Assembly: GCA_965219385.1 (NCBI GenBank)
Contig: CBDCNM010000001.1
Location: forward strand, 856,631 to 920,630
Length of the DNA stretch: 64,000 nt
Direction: 5' to 3'
Source of the DNA: Candidatus Latescibacterota bacterium
GTDB lineage: Bacteria; Latescibacterota; UBA2968; UBA8231
The notes below the pieces were generated by a model. The model was given only the letters and a program-made list of their open reading frames with translations, was not told where the DNA came from and did no database searches. Of the stretch, positions 28,438 through 37,635 are shown piece by piece (positions within the stretch are counted from its first letter, which is position 1; each line of letters opens with the position of its first letter). Both the position numbers and the translations under genes were made by a program.

Positions 28438-28587
28438 AAGCCTTCCTGGCACCATCCCCTCCCGATCTCAAGTCCGGTATATCCACCTTGGCACGGCAGG
28501 TTTTAGGCCTTGATTTTTTTTGTCCAAAGCTTATTTTTATATTTGCCTAAATAATTTAAAAGGTAAGTCTAATTGAGGAGGTCAATA

Positions 28588-29829
28588 ATGAACCTCAGGT
28601 TTGTTTGCCCCGGGCCGCTCGCCTGCGTCTTTCTGGGCGTCCTGGGGTGTGATACCCTGATGACGGAAACCCCGCCGGCAGGAGATGACTTCGAGTCCCC
28701 CTTTGATGGCATGTCGCACGATTTGAACCTGGCTTTTGCCGCAGGGGATGAGAATTTCGAGCGGTTCTTTACCGTGGAAGAGGGGCTGGGGCCGATTTTC
28801 AATAATGTGGGTTGTGAAGGATGTCATCCAGGCGATGGCAGGGGAACCCCTGACCTGGGATTTTTTCGCTTTAGCCAGGGAGGCGACCTGGCCCTGGGCC
28901 TGGGGGGCGCCCAGCACCAGGACAAGGCCATCCCGGGGATTCCCCTTGAAACCATTCCCGCGGGAGTCGATTCATCATTCAGGATGCCGCCGCCCGTATT
29001 CGGGGTGGGGTTGATCGAAGCGATTCACCCGGACACTATTGAGGCCCTCGAGGCACGGCAGAATGCCGATACCGGGACGGCCGAAGACGACGGTATTACC
29101 GGGCGCATCAACTGGGTCACGGCCCCGGATTTTGTCCCCGAATCCCATGTGGGCGGAGGGGCTGGACCTCAACTTGGCAGATTTTCCCGCAAGGCCCAGG
29201 TCTCTTCCCTGCTCCAGCAAGTCGCCGAGGCCTACCAGCAGGACATCGGCATCACCAGCCCTTTCATTCCCGCGGAAAACCCCCACCCCCAAGCCGGGGG
29301 CGTGGCCATCGGCGACAATGTTCCGGACCCGGAAATCCCGGCCTCGACCGTGCTCGAAACCGTGTTGTACGTGCGTTTGCTGGCTCCCCCTGCGCGCGGG
29401 GAAGAAACCGCGGAGGTGCTGCGGGGAGAGGCCATTTTTGCGGAAATCGGCTGTGCGACCTGTCATATCCCGACCCTTGAGACCGGCGCGAGCCCGGTTC
29501 CTCAGCTGAGCAACCAGAATGCCGATCTCTATTCGGATCTGCTGCTCCACGATATGGGGGACGGATCGAACGGCCTGGCCGATAATCGCCCGGACGGAGA
29601 TGCCAGCGGCAGAGAGTGGCGTACCGCGCCCCTGTGGGGGACCCGGATCGTTGCCGACTTCCTGGGCGGTCAGGCTTTTTATTTGCACGATGGCCGCGCG
29701 CAAACCCTGGAAGAAGCGATCCGGTATCACGGCGGAGATGGAAGCGAAGCAAGACTAAGCAAGGAAGAATTTGACAAACTGCCCGCCGGCGAAAAACAGG
29801 CCCTGATCGCCTTCCTCGAATCCCTTTGA
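28588..29829 (+). CDS. Di-heme oxidoreductase (DHOR) family lipoprotein
   Basis: VLGC lipobox; GLGPIFN, CEGCH and CATCH, YSDLLLHDMG, WRTAPLWG, LHDGRA. Confidence 0.9.
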   Translation: MNLRFVCPGPLACVFLGVLGCDTLMTETPPAGDDFESPFDGMSHDLNLAFAAGDENFERFFTVEEGLGPIFNNVGCEGCHPGDGRGTPDLGFFRFSQGGDLALGLGGAQHQDKAIPGIPLETIPAGVDSSFRMPPPVFGVGLIEAIHPDTIEALEARQNADTGTAEDDGITGRINWVTAPDFVPESHVGGGAGPQLGRFSRKAQVSSLLQQVAEAYQQDIGITSPFIPAENPHPQAGGVAIGDNVPDPEIPASTVLETVLYVRLLAPPARGEETAEVLRGEAIFAEIGCATCHIPTLETGASPVPQLSNQNADLYSDLLLHDMGDGSNGLADNRPDGDASGREWRTAPLWGTRIVADFLGGQAFYLHDGRAQTLEEAIRYHGGDGSEARLSKEEFDKLPAGEKQALIAFLESL

Positions 29830-29841
29830 GCGAGGCCAGCC

Positions 29842-30270
29842 ATGGAAGATAAAAAGGTTCCCCGGCGCGAGTTCCTGGCTCGGTTGGCCGCGGGGCTGGT
29901 GGTGGGAGGGCTGCCTAGTTGTGCGCCGGTATTGACCTACCAGGCACACCTAGAAAATGGCCGTATTCTTCTGGATCTCAAGGAGATAGAAGAACTGATC
30001 CAGCCTGGAAAGGCCCTCCTGATAAAGGTGCCGGAATGGTCCGAAACCCTTATTCTGTTCCAGGATGACAACGGCTTTTTCAAGGCTTTGAGTTCCCGTT
30101 GTACTCACCTGGGCTGTCAGGTGAGACCAGCCCGCAACTTCCTGACCTGTCCCTGTCACGGGTCCACCTTTGATCTGCAAGGTGGGGTCGTACGGGGCCC
30201 CGCCCAAAAGCCGCTGCCCCGTTTTCCAGTAGAGGTAAGGGGCCAACAAATCGAAGTTGTGGTTTCTTGA
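29842..30270 (+). CDS. Tat-exported Rieske [2Fe-2S] protein
   Basis: RREFL Tat motif; CTHLGC and CPCHGS. Confidence 0.9.
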   Translation: MEDKKVPRREFLARLAAGLVVGGLPSCAPVLTYQAHLENGRILLDLKEIEELIQPGKALLIKVPEWSETLILFQDDNGFFKALSSRCTHLGCQVRPARNFLTCPCHGSTFDLQGGVVRGPAQKPLPRFPVEVRGQQIEVVVS

Positions 30271-31451
30271 TGGAAAGGACTGCTATGGTACTGCGTCTTC
30301 TTAGAGTGTGGGTGTTTGGGTTGGCCGGGGTGATGGGAGTGGGTGGAATGGGACTTGCCCAGCAGCGCGATCAGCCTCTGGTAAGGGGAGGCATAGACGA
30401 TAAGCCGTTTGTCACGCGCATGGGAAAGGGGCCCCGCATTGGAGGCTACACCGAAGCTCATTTCCGCTACGAGCGCGAGGATGGGATCACCGAGGAACTG
30501 AGCTTTGAAGCCAAACGGTTTAACATTTTTATCTATACCCTGGTTTCCGATCGGGTCCGGGTGGCTTCCGAACTGGAATTCGAGGAGGGGGGCGAGGAGA
30601 TCAAGATAGAGATCGCCCTCCTGGATTTCGAGATCCACCCGGCGCTTACCTTCCGGGGCGGGGTCATTCTCTCGCCGCTGGGGCGGTTCAATCTGGCCCA
30701 CGATAGCCCGGCGCACGACCTGACCGATCGCCCCCTGGTCAGCACTCGAATCATTCCCACCACCCTATCGGAGGCCGGTATGGGGTTTTACGGTGCCTTC
30801 CATCCCACTGCTCAGAGCCGGGTAACCTATGAAGTTTACGGGGTTAACGGGTTCGATGATGATGTGCTCATCGGCGATCCGGACGGCACCCGGATTGCGG
30901 CGGGCAAGGGCAATTTTGAGGACAATAACAACCGGCCCGCCTGGGTAGGGCGCTTTACCTTCAGCCCTCAACCCGCCGGCGAAGTGGGCTTTTCTTTCCA
31001 CACAGGTCCGTACAACACCTGGGACGCCGAGGGGCTTGCCATCGACGAAAAGCGCAGCCTGAGTATCGTGGCGCTGGACTGGGATGCCAGCTGGAAGCGG
31101 TTTGAAGTGCTGGGGGAATGCGCTCGTGCCGCCATTGACGTGCCCCCGGAGAGCGCTGTTTTCCAGGAAAACCAGCAAGGGTTCTACGCTCAGTTGAACG
31201 CCCATTTCGGCAAGGGACTGGTAGCGGCCCTGCCGGCTTCGGTTTTCACCGGCATCGTGCGCTACGGGTCGGTGGATTTCGACGGGGATGCAGAGGGTGA
31301 CGATCATCGCCGGCTCACCCTGGGGCTCAATTTCCGCCCCGAGGAAGATTCGGTTTTCAAGCTCGACTATCAGCGCAACTGGACCAGGGATCCTTTTCAA
31401 AACGAGGGGAAGGGCGCGGCTTTGCTCTTCAGCGCGGCGACCTATTTTTAG
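30267..31451 (+). CDS. Outer membrane porin-like protein
   Basis: Signal peptide; IGGYTE, SELEFE, FKLDYQ; terminal ATYF. Confidence 0.7.
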   Translation: MMERTAMVLRLLRVWVFGLAGVMGVGGMGLAQQRDQPLVRGGIDDKPFVTRMGKGPRIGGYTEAHFRYEREDGITEELSFEAKRFNIFIYTLVSDRVRVASELEFEEGGEEIKIEIALLDFEIHPALTFRGGVILSPLGRFNLAHDSPAHDLTDRPLVSTRIIPTTLSEAGMGFYGAFHPTAQSRVTYEVYGVNGFDDDVLIGDPDGTRIAAGKGNFEDNNNRPAWVGRFTFSPQPAGEVGFSFHTGPYNTWDAEGLAIDEKRSLSIVALDWDASWKRFEVLGECARAAIDVPPESAVFQENQQGFYAQLNAHFGKGLVAALPASVFTGIVRYGSVDFDGDAEGDDHRRLTLGLNFRPEEDSVFKLDYQRNWTRDPFQNEGKGAALLFSAATYF

Positions 31452-31604
31452 AAGCCGTCTCAAAACCCCCACTGACCGGCGCGCAGGGCGGTGGGGGTTG
31501 CGTCAATCCCCGATGCGGCCAGCGGCATAATCGGCCAGGTTTTCTACCATGCCGCGAATCCGCGGCTCGGCGTTGTTGAGGAAGGCCGCGCGGGGACGGA
31601 AGAT

Positions 31605-32447
31605 GTGGAAGAGGAGATGCAGCTGCGGGCGTACAGCCCCAAGACGCGCAAAGCCTATCGCAACCACCTGTTGTGCTTCCGCCGGCATTTCGCCGGGCGG
31701 GTGCTGGCCGCACTCACCGAGGAGGAGATTCGGGCTTATCTGCTGAAGCTGGTCGAGAAGCCGGTCTCCCCTTCGTACCTGAATCAGGCGATCAGCGCCG
31801 TCAAGCTGCTCTACCAAAAAGTCCTCCGTCAGCCTAAAGTTATCGAGCAGGTCCCCCGGCCCCGGAGGAAACGCAAGTTGCCCACGGTCATGAGCCGGGA
31901 AGCGGCCCAAGCCCGGCTCATGACCGTGGGCAATCTGAAGCACCAGACGCTATTGGTCCTGATGTATGCGGACGGGCTGCGGGTGGGCGAGGTGGTGCGG
32001 TTGCAGATCGAGGATATTGACCCAGCGCGGAAGCTGATTCGGGTACACGGCGGCAAGGGGCGCCAGGACCGCTATACCTTGTATACGGATCTAGCAGGTG
32101 AGATGGTTGAGGCGTATATCAAAGAATATCAGCCAGTTAAGTGGCTTTTTGAAGGCCCTAAGCCCGGGGGTCATATAACCGAACGGACGGTTCAGAAGAT
32201 CGTGCAAAGGGCCCGGAAGCAAGCCAATATCGCGTCGCATGTAACGACGCATACGCTGCGGCACTCCTTTGCGACGCATTTGCTTGAGGGAGGTATTGAT
32301 CTGCGATACATTCAGGCGTTGCTGGGGCATACCAGTTCCAAAACGACGGAAGTCTACCCGCATGTAAGCCGGAAGGAATTGGGGCGCATACAGAGCCCTG
32401 TGGATTTGCTGGCGATTGAAAGGAAGGGAGAGAAAGGCGACGGCTAA
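31605..32447 (+). CDS. Tyrosine recombinase (SAM-like N-domain; XerD/integron-integrase-like)
   Basis: LRAYSPKTRKAY, GLRVGE, GKGRQDR, HTLRHSFATHLLE, LLGH, TTEVY; no IntI-specific insertion before WLF; start uncertain because an IS-like end lies at 31451. Confidence 0.9.
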   Translation: MEEEMQLRAYSPKTRKAYRNHLLCFRRHFAGRVLAALTEEEIRAYLLKLVEKPVSPSYLNQAISAVKLLYQKVLRQPKVIEQVPRPRRKRKLPTVMSREAAQARLMTVGNLKHQTLLVLMYADGLRVGEVVRLQIEDIDPARKLIRVHGGKGRQDRYTLYTDLAGEMVEAYIKEYQPVKWLFEGPKPGGHITERTVQKIVQRARKQANIASHVTTHTLRHSFATHLLEGGIDLRYIQALLGHTSSKTTEVYPHVSRKELGRIQSPVDLLAIERKGEKGDG

Positions 32448-32613
32448 CGTCCGCTTTAGTTGATCAACGCTTCGAAGCTTCAGACTATTTTTATAAATTA
32501 TCTATAAACAAATACTTACGTAGATATGATCTTAAATATTATTGCCCGATAAATACTTGCGAATTCTACGGAGCCAAAAATCCGTCCCCATTCGCAAAAG
32601 GGCCGAACGATTG

Positions 32614-32642
32614 TTGACCTACATCGTCTATTTCCCTACTTT
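32614..32642 (+). promoter_or_regulatory. Putative cassette promoter (Pc-like)
   Basis: TTGACC-N17-TACTTT about 80 bp upstream of the first cassette boundary. Confidence 0.45.
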
Positions 32643-32648
32643 GGGTGG

Positions 32649-32727
32649 GTTAGACGACGTACGGCGCCTAACGGTCTTGAAAAGGGCGATAGGCGCCGTA
32701 CGTCGTCGGGAATACATGTAGTTAGAG
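32649..32727 (+). other. Candidate primary recombination site (attI/attC-like hairpin)
   Basis: GTTAGAC at 32649, GCCTAAC at 32666, perfect 18-bp inverted repeat 32653-32670/32690-32707, GTTAGAG at 32721. Confidence 0.6.
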
Positions 32728-32744
32728 GACATGGCAAAGAGAGG

Positions 32745-33305
32745 ATGACGGAACCAAAGGTTACAATTCGGTCACTACGGGTCGGCGATGAACCGGCGGT
32801 CCAACGTTACGCCTCTGATGAACGGGTAGCACGAACTACTACGATTCCCGAGCCCTATCCAGAGGATGGCGCCGCAACGTTTGTCGAACAGGCCGTTGAA
32901 GCCCGCCGAAAGCGAGAGGGTTTCTCCTTTGCCATCCTTGCCGACGGGGAGATGATTGGAGTCCTCGAATTAGGCGCAATTGATTTGGAGAGCCGTAGCA
33001 TCCAATGCGATTACGCCATTGCCTCGGCCCACTGGGGAAAGGGGATTACAACTAAGGCGGCTGCTTTGGCGTTACGCTATGCGTTCCTCGAGCTTGGAAT
33101 GGAAACCGTTCGCTCGGCCTGCTTAAGGCGAAATCCCGCATCAGCTCGTGTCCTTGAAAAGAATGGATTTCTGGAGACCGAAGGGTTCGTCTACAACAGT
33201 TCCAAGTTCAAGGGGGAGGCAGCCCATCAGTTCATACTGACTAAGAAGGCTTGGCTCACGTCTCATGCGAACGAGTCCAATGAGACGCTTTCCGGCCAGG
33301 GTTAA
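32745..33305 (+). CDS. GNAT N-acetyltransferase (RimJ/RimL type), cassette 1
   Basis: IPEPYP, HWGKGITT, NPASARVLEKNGF. Confidence 0.9.
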   Translation: MTEPKVTIRSLRVGDEPAVQRYASDERVARTTTIPEPYPEDGAATFVEQAVEARRKREGFSFAILADGEMIGVLELGAIDLESRSIQCDYAIASAHWGKGITTKAAALALRYAFLELGMETVRSACLRRNPASARVLEKNGFLETEGFVYNSSKFKGEAAHQFILTKKAWLTSHANESNETLSGQG

Positions 33306-33315
33306 GGGAGGTCAC

Positions 33316-33401
33316 GTCCTCTAACACTGTGCCCCCGGCTCCGGGCCCTGCGGGCCCCTCGCGCAACCGCTTCGCGGTTCGGGAGCACTGAGACGTTGGG
33401 C
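33316..33401 (+). repeat. attC-like site 1
   Basis: GTCCTCTAAC is the exact complement of cassette start GTTAGAGGAC (32721); stem GTGCCCCCG/CGGGAGCAC; ends GTTGGGC. Confidence 0.75.
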
Positions 33402-33536
33402 CGCCTCATTACCGGACATGGAATGAGAAACCAGAATTTCGTTTGGGATATCTCCAATGTGAAGAGAACATGCTGCCCTTTCCTTGACTTCCGTTGTGGG
33501 TATCGTACGGACTGAGGAGCAGAGAGAGAACGAGCC

Positions 33537-34673
33537 ATGAAAACAAGCGCTCTGCTCGACAATTTCGTCGCTATGCTAAAAGCCACCCAGTGTCTGAAGT
33601 CAGAGAGACTGGAGCACGCGGTGCGAGCTACCCCACGCCAATGGTTCGTCGACCGAATGCACGCACACTCGAAGGACCACCATTTCATCGACGTAAATGC
33701 ATCTCGTCCCACGAGGCGCCAGCTCGAGCGCATCTACTCAGATGAGGCACTACTCAGCCACCGAGATCCGCCGAGTTCCACGTCACAGCCGTCGCTGGTG
33801 ATGGACATGCTTGAGACGCTAGATATTCGTCCTGGAGCGCGAGTGCTCGAAATCGGTGCGGGCACTGGATGGAATGCCGCGTTGATGGCTCACCTGGTGG
33901 AATCATCTGGGTCCGTGGTCAGCATTGACAACCAGCCAGATGTAGCACGACGTGCACGGCGACACATCAAGCGTGCTGGCCTGAAGAACGTCCACATAGT
34001 TACCGGCGACGGCGCCCACGGGTATCCAAAGGCTGCGCCGTACGACCGCCTGATCACCACTGTCAGCTGTCCGGATGTCTTCCCGGCCTGGTGGCAACAA
34101 CTCAAGCCTGGCGGCATCGCCGTAATCACATTGAGCGAGCTTCCCGGTGAGAGTATGTGCCTGATGCTCAAGCTGCGCAAAACGAAAACTCACCTGAAAG
34201 GAGAGATGGTGAACCTGCCCGGATTCATGCTGTTTACTGGCAAGCATGGTAGCCCACCGACTTCGAGACAGGCTCAGCAGCGGCTTGATGAGCACGACGG
34301 GGCCAGGGTTCGGAAACACCGCGCCTTGTGGGCGATTTTGCCGGGTCAGGGTGACATCGTGATGCGGCGCGACTTGGCTTTTTTCGCCCGTCTGGAGGGA
34401 CTGCGCGTAGAGTCGCTGGAAAACCGATTCGTCCTGTCTTCGCATGACGACAGGGGGCTCTGCGTTCTGGATAAGACACATATCGATGTGGTTGGTAGCA
34501 ACGAGTGCTACAGTCTGTATGAAAAAGTCCAGGATAGGTGGCTGCACCTGGGTGCTCCAAAGCGCCGGCAATACCGCGTGGAGGTGTGGCCGCTGGCCGT
34601 GAAGAAACGCCAGCCTCGCGATGGCTGGCTAGCGCGCAGATCGCACTGCCAGTTAATTTTCCGACTCAAGTAG
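33537..34673 (+). CDS. Protein-L-isoaspartate O-methyltransferase-like, extended; cassette 2
   Basis: SSTSQPSL, VLEIGAGTGWNAA, GDGAHGYPKAAPYDRLI. Confidence 0.85.
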   Translation: MKTSALLDNFVAMLKATQCLKSERLEHAVRATPRQWFVDRMHAHSKDHHFIDVNASRPTRRQLERIYSDEALLSHRDPPSSTSQPSLVMDMLETLDIRPGARVLEIGAGTGWNAALMAHLVESSGSVVSIDNQPDVARRARRHIKRAGLKNVHIVTGDGAHGYPKAAPYDRLITTVSCPDVFPAWWQQLKPGGIAVITLSELPGESMCLMLKLRKTKTHLKGEMVNLPGFMLFTGKHGSPPTSRQAQQRLDEHDGARVRKHRALWAILPGQGDIVMRRDLAFFARLEGLRVESLENRFVLSSHDDRGLCVLDKTHIDVVGSNECYSLYEKVQDRWLHLGAPKRRQYRVEVWPLAVKKRQPRDGWLARRSHCQLIFRLK

Positions 34674-34782
34674 AGGAACTCGCCATACAAAAAGATGAAT
34701 CTATAGGCCGCTTCACGGTCGCGGGATCCCCCAACGTTTACGGGAAAATGGGTTATTCTATCGTACTGGCCGATTCGCCCAC

Positions 34783-34876
34783 GTCCTGTAACACCTGTTT
34801 TTCGCCTCGGCGCTAGCGCGCCTTGGCCCTGCGGGCAACCCGCATTCGCGGGTTCGCAAACCGAAAAACGTTGGAC
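34783..34876 (+). repeat. attC-like site 2
   Basis: CACGTCCTGTAACAC matches site 1 at 14/15; GTTTTTCG/CGAAAAAC stem; shared GGCCCTGCGGGC and AACC(C)GC-TTCGCG(G)GTT hairpins; ends GTTGGAC. Confidence 0.7.
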
Positions 34877-34943
34877 CGCCATAAAGGCCGCCGCCTCATT
34901 AAGTGCAATGCGACAGAAATCGAAGCAACCATTCGACCAGGAT

Positions 34944-36500
34944 ATGTCAGACATTTCGATCATTGGAGTTGCAATCCTCTTAAGAGGCCGTCTGAAAACC
35001 ATGTTTATTCTAAGCGAGTCGTTTGAGTAGCAAGTAAATCATGGCGATCTGAATCAACGCTTCGCTGTGGCGGGTCAACACTTCATAATCTCGGGCATGC
35101 CGACGAAAGTTCATCAACCACGCAAAGGTTCGTTCGACCACCCACCGTCGTTTGAGCGGTGTAAATCCATTTCCTTGTTTAGCGACGACTTCCAAGTCGA
35201 TCTTATGCGTCTTTTTTAAGTCGGCTACCCACCCTTTGAGATCGGCTCCCACATAGCCGCCATCGACCCACAGCTTACGTAGCCTAGGTAGGCCGGGCGC
35301 AACATAGCGGGTCAACACCCGCTTCAAGCCGTCCCGATCGCCCACATCGGCGGCGGTGACTTCCACCGGCCGGATCCATCCCAAGGTATCTACCAACAGG
35401 TGACGTTTGCGTCCTTTGATCTTTTTGCCGGCGTCATAACCGATTGTTTCTCCTTGGGTTGCCGTCTTGATGGTCTGGCTATCGACCCCGCCGGCCGACG
35501 GGGTTAATAGCCGACCCTGCCGGCGGCGTTCCCGCTGGGTGAGTCGATCCAATATCGGCGGCCAGACCCCTTGTAGGCTCCAGCGGCGAAAGTAGTCATA
35601 CACCGTTTTCCACGGCCCCAAACTCGCGGGTAACAAAGCCCAAGGACAGCCGGTCTTGGTCAGATACAAAAGACCATTGATGATCTGGCGTGGATCCCGC
35701 CGCGGGCGGCCCGGCCCGCCAGGAGGCCACGTCGAGGCGGGTAGTAACGGCTTGATTAGACGCCATTGCGCATCGGTTAGATCGGTGGCATATTCGTCGG
35801 CAGGCGTACTCATCATCGGGGCCTTTCTATTCAGATTTTGTGGTGAAACCTGAATATGGCCCGATGAGTACGCCGATTCAAATACGGGCTACATCAAGAG
35901 TTTTCAGACGGCCTCTTAAGAAAGGATCATAGGTTTCTTTTCGAACTCCAGAAGCCGTCGAAATGGAGGCGTCAGCGAGATGGTGTCTTGAGAAGGCTTC
36001 TGAGGATTGGCATGGGCTGTATAGGAGGCACGGTCGAGGAAGGCGAGACCATCGAGGGCGCCCTGTCCAGGGAGGCGCTCGAAGAAATCGGGTGCCAGAT
36101 CGCCTTTGATCGATCAGCGCATCCATTCTCGATAGACCCAGCCGGTGTGGTGTCGCCGCTCCCCTCGCAGAGCATACCCGCAGGGGTACAGTTCGTGTGG
36201 GAAGGGACCGATCCAGGATTTATCGTGGGTGGGAAAGTGGCCGTGTACGTTGGCCATACGCTTGGGCGGGCCGAACCGAGCGATCTTCCGGCCATAGTGA
36301 AGCTTGAACCGGATCTCTTCTACGATCTTGGCACACGACCTCTCGCTATTGAGGAGGTAGAGCAGCGAGGAGGTATTCTGCAAGAGCGGCAAAGGATTCC
36401 GCGCTCTGCTCGATTGACGCCGGTGGGAACAGCCAGCAGGCTTCTGGAGTTACGGCGACTGCATCCTGAGTTACTCCAAGGCATTGTGGGTGAGTTCTGA
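34944..36500 (+). pseudogene. Nudix hydrolase (cassette 3) split by IS5
   Basis: Removing the IS restores the frame MSDISIIGVAILL|RKDHRFLFELQKP... into GGTVEEGETIEGALSREALEEIG (Nudix box). Confidence 0.85.
34984..35915 (-). mobile_element. IS5-family element (single ORF, IS1031-like)
   Basis: Perfect 16-bp TIR GAGGCCGTCTGAAAAC; TTAA on both flanks; transposase 35010-35816 (YATDLTDAQW, DSQT, GRKRHLLVD, RWVVERT). Confidence 0.95.
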
Positions 36501-36536
36501 TGGCGCGGCGACCGCCCGCTTGCCGCACAAGCACTT

Positions 36537-36885
36537 TGTTTTTCCTTGCGTTGCCGTTTTGATAGGCTGGCTATCGACCCTGCCGGCCGACGGCGTCGGC
36601 TTCCGCCCTTGGCGTTTGCGCGCCTGTCGGGTCAGCGCCTCAAGCAGCCGTGTCCAGACCCCCTGTCGACGCCAGGGATTGAAATAATCATACCCTGCTT
36701 TCCATTGACCGAAATCGGCCGGCATCATCGACCCCTGGCCACCGGTCTTGGTGACATCATACCATGGATCAGCGGGCGCTGCTCACAGGGCGGTCGGCCC
36801 GGTCCCCCAGGACGCCACTTGCGGGGCGGCAGCAAGGGCTAGAGGTGGTGCCATTGCTCATCGGTCAAATCCGTCGGATATTGGT
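36537..36885 (-). mobile_element. Degenerate IS5 transposase 5' remnant
   Basis: YPTDLTDEQW...stop; WKAGYDYF, DSQPIKTATQG; homologous to 35010-35816. Confidence 0.8.
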
Positions 36886-37044
36886 GGGGAGTTCCCTTTT
36901 TTCAAGCCCCATCTACGCGAAAGGGGTTTCCTTCTCAGGCAGAACTTGCCTGAATCTGGCCGTCGAGATATTATTAGGACTAAACAAGGGGCTGCAAAAT
37001 GCCGCCCCTTGGCTGTTTTCTCCACCGCTTATTCGAGGTCGAAA

Positions 37045-37635
37045 ATGGGGACGGTTAACATCGTCTCAGGTTTGCCGCGTTCGGGCACGTCCATGATGAT
37101 GAACATGCTCCAGGCGGGCGGTATGGATCTGCTGGTCGACCACGTCCGCAAGCCGGACGTGGATAATCCGGGTGGTTATTTCGAGTTCGAAAAGGTGAAA
37201 AAGGTCAAAAAAGATGCTTCCTGGCTGGAGCAGGCCCCGGGCAAAGCCGTCAAAGTTATATCCAGGCTGCTTGGCGACTTGCCGCCCAGGTACCTCTACA
37301 AAGTGATTTTCATGCAGCGGAGCATAGACGAAGTACTGGCCTCTCAGCACCAGATGTTGCGCCGCCTGGGAAGGGTGGATGAAGAGGTTGACGACCAGGC
37401 GATGAGGGACTTGTTTATTCGGCATTTGCACCAGGTGCAAGATTGGGTGGAGCGGCAGGAGAACTTCGAAATAATCTCCATCGACTACAACCAGGTCCTG
37501 GCGCATCCCCCCGAACAGAGCCACAAGGTCAACCAGTTTTTAGAGAGGGAACTGGACGAAGCGGGAATGGCAGCCATCGTGGATCAAAAGCTCTACAGGC
37601 AAAGACGTTGGCAATTTGAGACGAATAGTCCGTAG
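37045..37635 (+). CDS. Sulfotransferase family protein
   Basis: IVSGLPRSGTSMMM (PAPS-binding), NPGGYFE, R..DEVLASQ. Confidence 0.85.
   Translation: MGTVNIVSGLPRSGTSMMMNMLQAGGMDLLVDHVRKPDVDNPGGYFEFEKVKKVKKDASWLEQAPGKAVKVISRLLGDLPPRYLYKVIFMQRSIDEVLASQHQMLRRLGRVDEEVDDQAMRDLFIRHLHQVQDWVERQENFEIISIDYNQVLAHPPEQSHKVNQFLERELDEAGMAAIVDQKLYRQRRWQFETNSP

Noticed and set aside
31605..32447. Prophage or ICE integrase, or housekeeping XerC/D
   Set aside because: No phage or conjugation genes and no tRNA att site; the context is cassette-like
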